This document shows positions 60,717-64,000 of a stretch of 64,000 nt of DNA, piece by piece (position 1 is the first letter of the stretch; every line of letters begins with the position of its first letter). The translations under genes were made by a program, and so were the position numbers. The DNA comes from Balanoglossus misakiensis (taxonomy: Eukaryota; Animalia; Hemichordata). Location: NCBI GenBank assembly GCA_040954595.2, contig CM082598.2:9811097-9875096 (forward strand), read 5' to 3'. Under the pieces are notes generated by a model. It had not been told where the DNA came from, did no database searches, and worked only from the letters and a program-made list of their open reading frames with translations.

Positions 60717-62196
60717 ACTTGTCCCATTTGTTGTTCCACATCAAATAAATGGAAGATCCGAGAAAATCCACACTTTTCCAGTTTTTGTACAGTCATCCTA
60801 TAAGTATAAGCGCTTCTACGGTACCGCCTGTGAGTCTTACAGCTTTGAAACCAGTGCGTAATATACTAGTAGCATGACTCCATGCTAGTAGTAAAAGCAT
60901 ACCGGGATGTGGGAAGTGGGAACGCTTTGAGTTGGTCCCTTGGGACAAAGACGTTTTTAATTTATTCACGCACAGGGATGTATTTTTAGCCAGACAACGG
61001 CAAGACCTAGTTGCCTAGCAATTATCACCATGAACTTTGCTACAAGTTTCACTACCACTTCCACTGGGCGTCTCAATTTTTTCAGCAGAGCCCCAGCTGC
61101 AGTAAGTTCCGACTACCTCAAGGCTTTGCCTGTAGGTTTTGGGGCTCCTCATTTTACTGATGACCATCAGCAACAAGGCAAATTGACCGTTGACTAAGCA
61201 AGGTGCTAAACATCGCTCTTTTCAGAGGGGTAATTTTACATGCAAGCTCATTAGAAACTGCCACTTGTATCCCCTCAATTTTCAGCCACCCCCCTGTTAC
61301 AAAATGACCCCTTTCCTTAATTAACTATTCACGACTGATTTGAGGTCAGACAAGGGTAAGTCAGAGCTACTGTATATGGTACTCCTGAATTTGCTTTTTA
61401 AACGTCGCCGACGCCGATTTCATGGGCATTTGAATGAACCGATACCGGTTTATGGTAACCTTTCATTGGAGGTTGCGCCTGGAAGACTGCAGTCCATGCT
61501 ACTAAATCGTCGTCGGAGGTCGAGTTTGCAATTCCTTTGTATGTGCCTTGGCCATTTCCGCGTCACTCCAATTGTTGCCTCGAGACACTGCTTCGGCCAT
61601 TGTTTTAGTAAAGTGAACCTCAACGCTTAATGCAGCGCTTAATGAGACAAACCGCGTCGGCAGAGTGCGTTTAGATCGGCGTTTAGTGCGGTGTTTCTGT
61701 TCACACGTGATTTGAATCGCTGTTTAGTGCGGCGCCCCGACCCAGGTCCCACCCCTCAACACCGTCACAAAAAAAGAGCGGCGCAGGGCCGCTCTCACCT
61801 TTTCACACGTGGCACTTACAAATTAACGCCGCCCTAGGGCCGCCGCTGGGGCGGCGTTGACGGCACGTGAGAAAGGCACTATAGTGAAACTTGTAGTAAA
61901 GTTCATGGTGATAATTGCTAGGCAACTAGGTCTTGCCATTGTCTGGCTAAAAATACATCCCTGTGCGTGAATAAATTAAAAACGTCTTTGTCCCAAGGGA
62001 CCAACTCAAAGTGTGTTCCCACATCCTGGTATGCTTTTATATTACGCACTGGTTTCCACTGGTTTCAAAGCTGTAAGACTCACAGGCGGTACCATAGTAG
62101 CGCTTTTACTTATAGGATGACTCTGCAAAAACTGGAAAAGTGTGGATTTTGTCGGATCTTCCATTCATTTGATGTGGAACAACAAATGGGACAAGT
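60717..62196. repeat. About 330-bp inverted repeat pair around a spacer with a Harbinger-like end
   Basis: 60717-61054 is the reverse complement of 61882-62196. Confidence 0.8.
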
Positions 62197-63049
62197 TGGC
62201 GAAATGTGTTGTTGATTTTCAATCGCACCATGAAGCCTATTTTAACCTAATTTGCATAAATGTCAGAGGGGGTCCTTCTGGCACTTTGACTCATTTTTAC
62301 CCCCATTGTTTCGTCTTTTTGTAAAGAATAATTATTTTTTCATGGTCGAACCGAAGGATTGATTACGGTACATCCTTTAATACTGTTTAAAACAACTGTC
62401 TTTGTTGGCTGTTTTTACTTTTTCATGCCAGTTAGTTGTGTGTGTGTGTGATGTGTGTGGTAGAGAGTGTGTGTGTATTTACAAACGTACATGACTGCAT
62501 GGCCATTCACTCATTTTGCCCTAGTGAAGGACATGTTGTGATTCCACAAGTCACAAGAGAATTTTTAACCTGTACATGAAAAAAGAACACCACAAACTAC
62601 TCATGCTACTAGAATTCTCAGTGTCACTGATTTCACACAGGGAGTCAACATTGTAATGAACCTTTGATAGAAACAATGTATAAGCATTGAAACAATGTTA
62701 TCACCCACACCATGGTGGGCGGAAGTTGCTCCTGGCGCTTTTTTTCCCATGATTCAAATTACAGTAAACGCCATATTGGAAATTCCCTAGATTTTGTAAA
62801 AAATCGCGCGACCCATACATGGCGAATATGTTTTTTTCTGAAAGAGAGACATCAAAGCTACCAAATTATGTAGAAATCAGCTACAGCGGATTTCCCCTTT
62901 AAATAATGTGTGTTAGGCGCTAACTGCAAACAATGCCAAGTGGGTGAGCTGTTTCACACCTTTGTAACACTGTTGCAACACACAGGTTAACGCACAAGTT
63001 AAAGCAGGTTAATGCGCAGGTTAACACATGCTGACCCATTAAAAATACT

Positions 63050-63487
63050 TCATCAACAAGTTGTTAGCAAATTGGAAAGCTATTCCTAAGCTGCACTGTA
63101 CTTATATAGTTCGTTTGCTGAGAAATTGAGAAATTTCCTGTCAAAGTTATTGTATTCGCTGGTCACATGCTCTCTCTGATTCGTTTAAAGTGGGAAATGG
63201 TGTACGTCAAGGTGGAATTCTTTCGCCTTTTCTTTTTAATGTTTATGTTGATAAGCTGAACGTAAGGCTGTCAAATGCCGCTGTAGGTTGTGAGATAGCA
63301 GGACTTACGTTGAACAACCTGTCCTACGCAGACGATATGTGTCTAATTGCACCGTCAGTTAAACGTTTGCGTAAGCTGATTCAGATCTGTCAACTCTACG
63401 CTGAAGATCATGATATCAAGTATAACACGCGAAAATCGAAATGCATGCATTTTGAATCGTCGATTAAGCTTTCAAGTATTCCATCAG
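63050..63487 (+). mobile_element. Non-LTR retrotransposon RT fragment
   Basis: GVRQGGILSPFLFNVY and LSYADDMCLIAPS motifs. Cut at the TTAA at 63488. Confidence 0.85.
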
Positions 63488-63491
63488 TTAA

Positions 63492-64000
63492 AGGTCCCAT
63501 GCCATGCCCTATACAACCACGCGTAAAATCACTATTTGGGTCTTGAAGTTAACGTATGTTACTATCTTGCAATGCGTTTTGCCCCTTGTGCTTAGATAAC
63601 AAGCAAGTAAAAGTGGCGGGTGGGCGTGTACCCCTAACCCAACTCAGTCGAGTTTTTTCGGCTTTTCGAAGTTCAGTCGAAGGCTTATCTTGATATGGAC
63701 AAATACATGTAGTCTTTCACACCTTCGCAAATCCTCTGCCAGTAATGTGAAACAAGGGCTTCCTTTGCTTTGACCGTGTACACTTAGGGCAACTTCTCAT
63801 TCAGTCTCCTACTACGGTCATGACACCATGGTAACGTTGTTCTTTTGGAGGTTGTGCCAACAAAGGCAGTTCCGATGTCTCACTTTATAGTTTTCCATCA
63901 AATGTTTCTCAACGATCTCAGTGGTCAGAGGCAGTCAAACAGACTCGGCCCGATTGGGATGGTCCAAAGCCGTACAGCGTTGTTTGCAGCGAACACTTTC
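63492..64000 (+). mobile_element. Kolobok-like element left end with a frameshifted THAP zinc-finger ORF (63828 to window end)
   Basis: TTAA|AGGTCCCATG start. RCSFGGCANK...LYSFPS...QWSEAVKQTRPDW...VCSEHF fits the THAP C2CH signature. The ATG at 63828 is out of frame. Confidence 0.75.

Noticed and set aside
1-64000. Remaining short ORFs in the supplied track
   Set aside because: They lie in MITEs, microsatellites or antisense to transposon/dynein coding sequence and have no recognisable domains.

Overview
This window is repeat-rich, intron-containing animal genomic DNA. The transposon content suggests a marine invertebrate, but the taxon cannot be fixed from the sequence. Two host genes are present, both on +. 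The first is the last 12 coding exons (about 687 codons, all GT-AG introns, frame intact to TAG at 51291) of an axonemal inner-arm dynein heavy chain, DNAH1-like. The second is the short first coding exon of RMC1 (C18orf8/MIC1-like) at 59392-59496, which the ORF track misses. Most of the rest is transposon-derived. The 17-kb DNAH1 intron (26391-43495) is a five-level nest resolved by termini and target-site duplications (TSDs): Kolobok-like > hAT-like with 5-bp TSD > Gypsy A > Gypsy B > pogo/Tigger derivative. It also holds a P-like MITE and a 3-kb foldback element. Other elements are L2/CR1-group LINE fragments, a tRNA-derived SINE, Helentron-type elements carrying 146-bp tandem arrays, a self-nesting cluster of TAG..CTA elements with 9-10-bp TSDs about 0.5 kb upstream of RMC1, and a Kolobok-like THAP fragment at the right edge. 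The least explained signal is a recurring non-coding, apparently TSD-less element class with a 130-190-bp terminal palindrome plus a short inverted-repeat-bracketed body, including a 614-bp inverted dimer. No CRISPR, rRNA or genuine tRNA gene is supported. All coordinates and difference counts were read by eye and may be off by a few bases.
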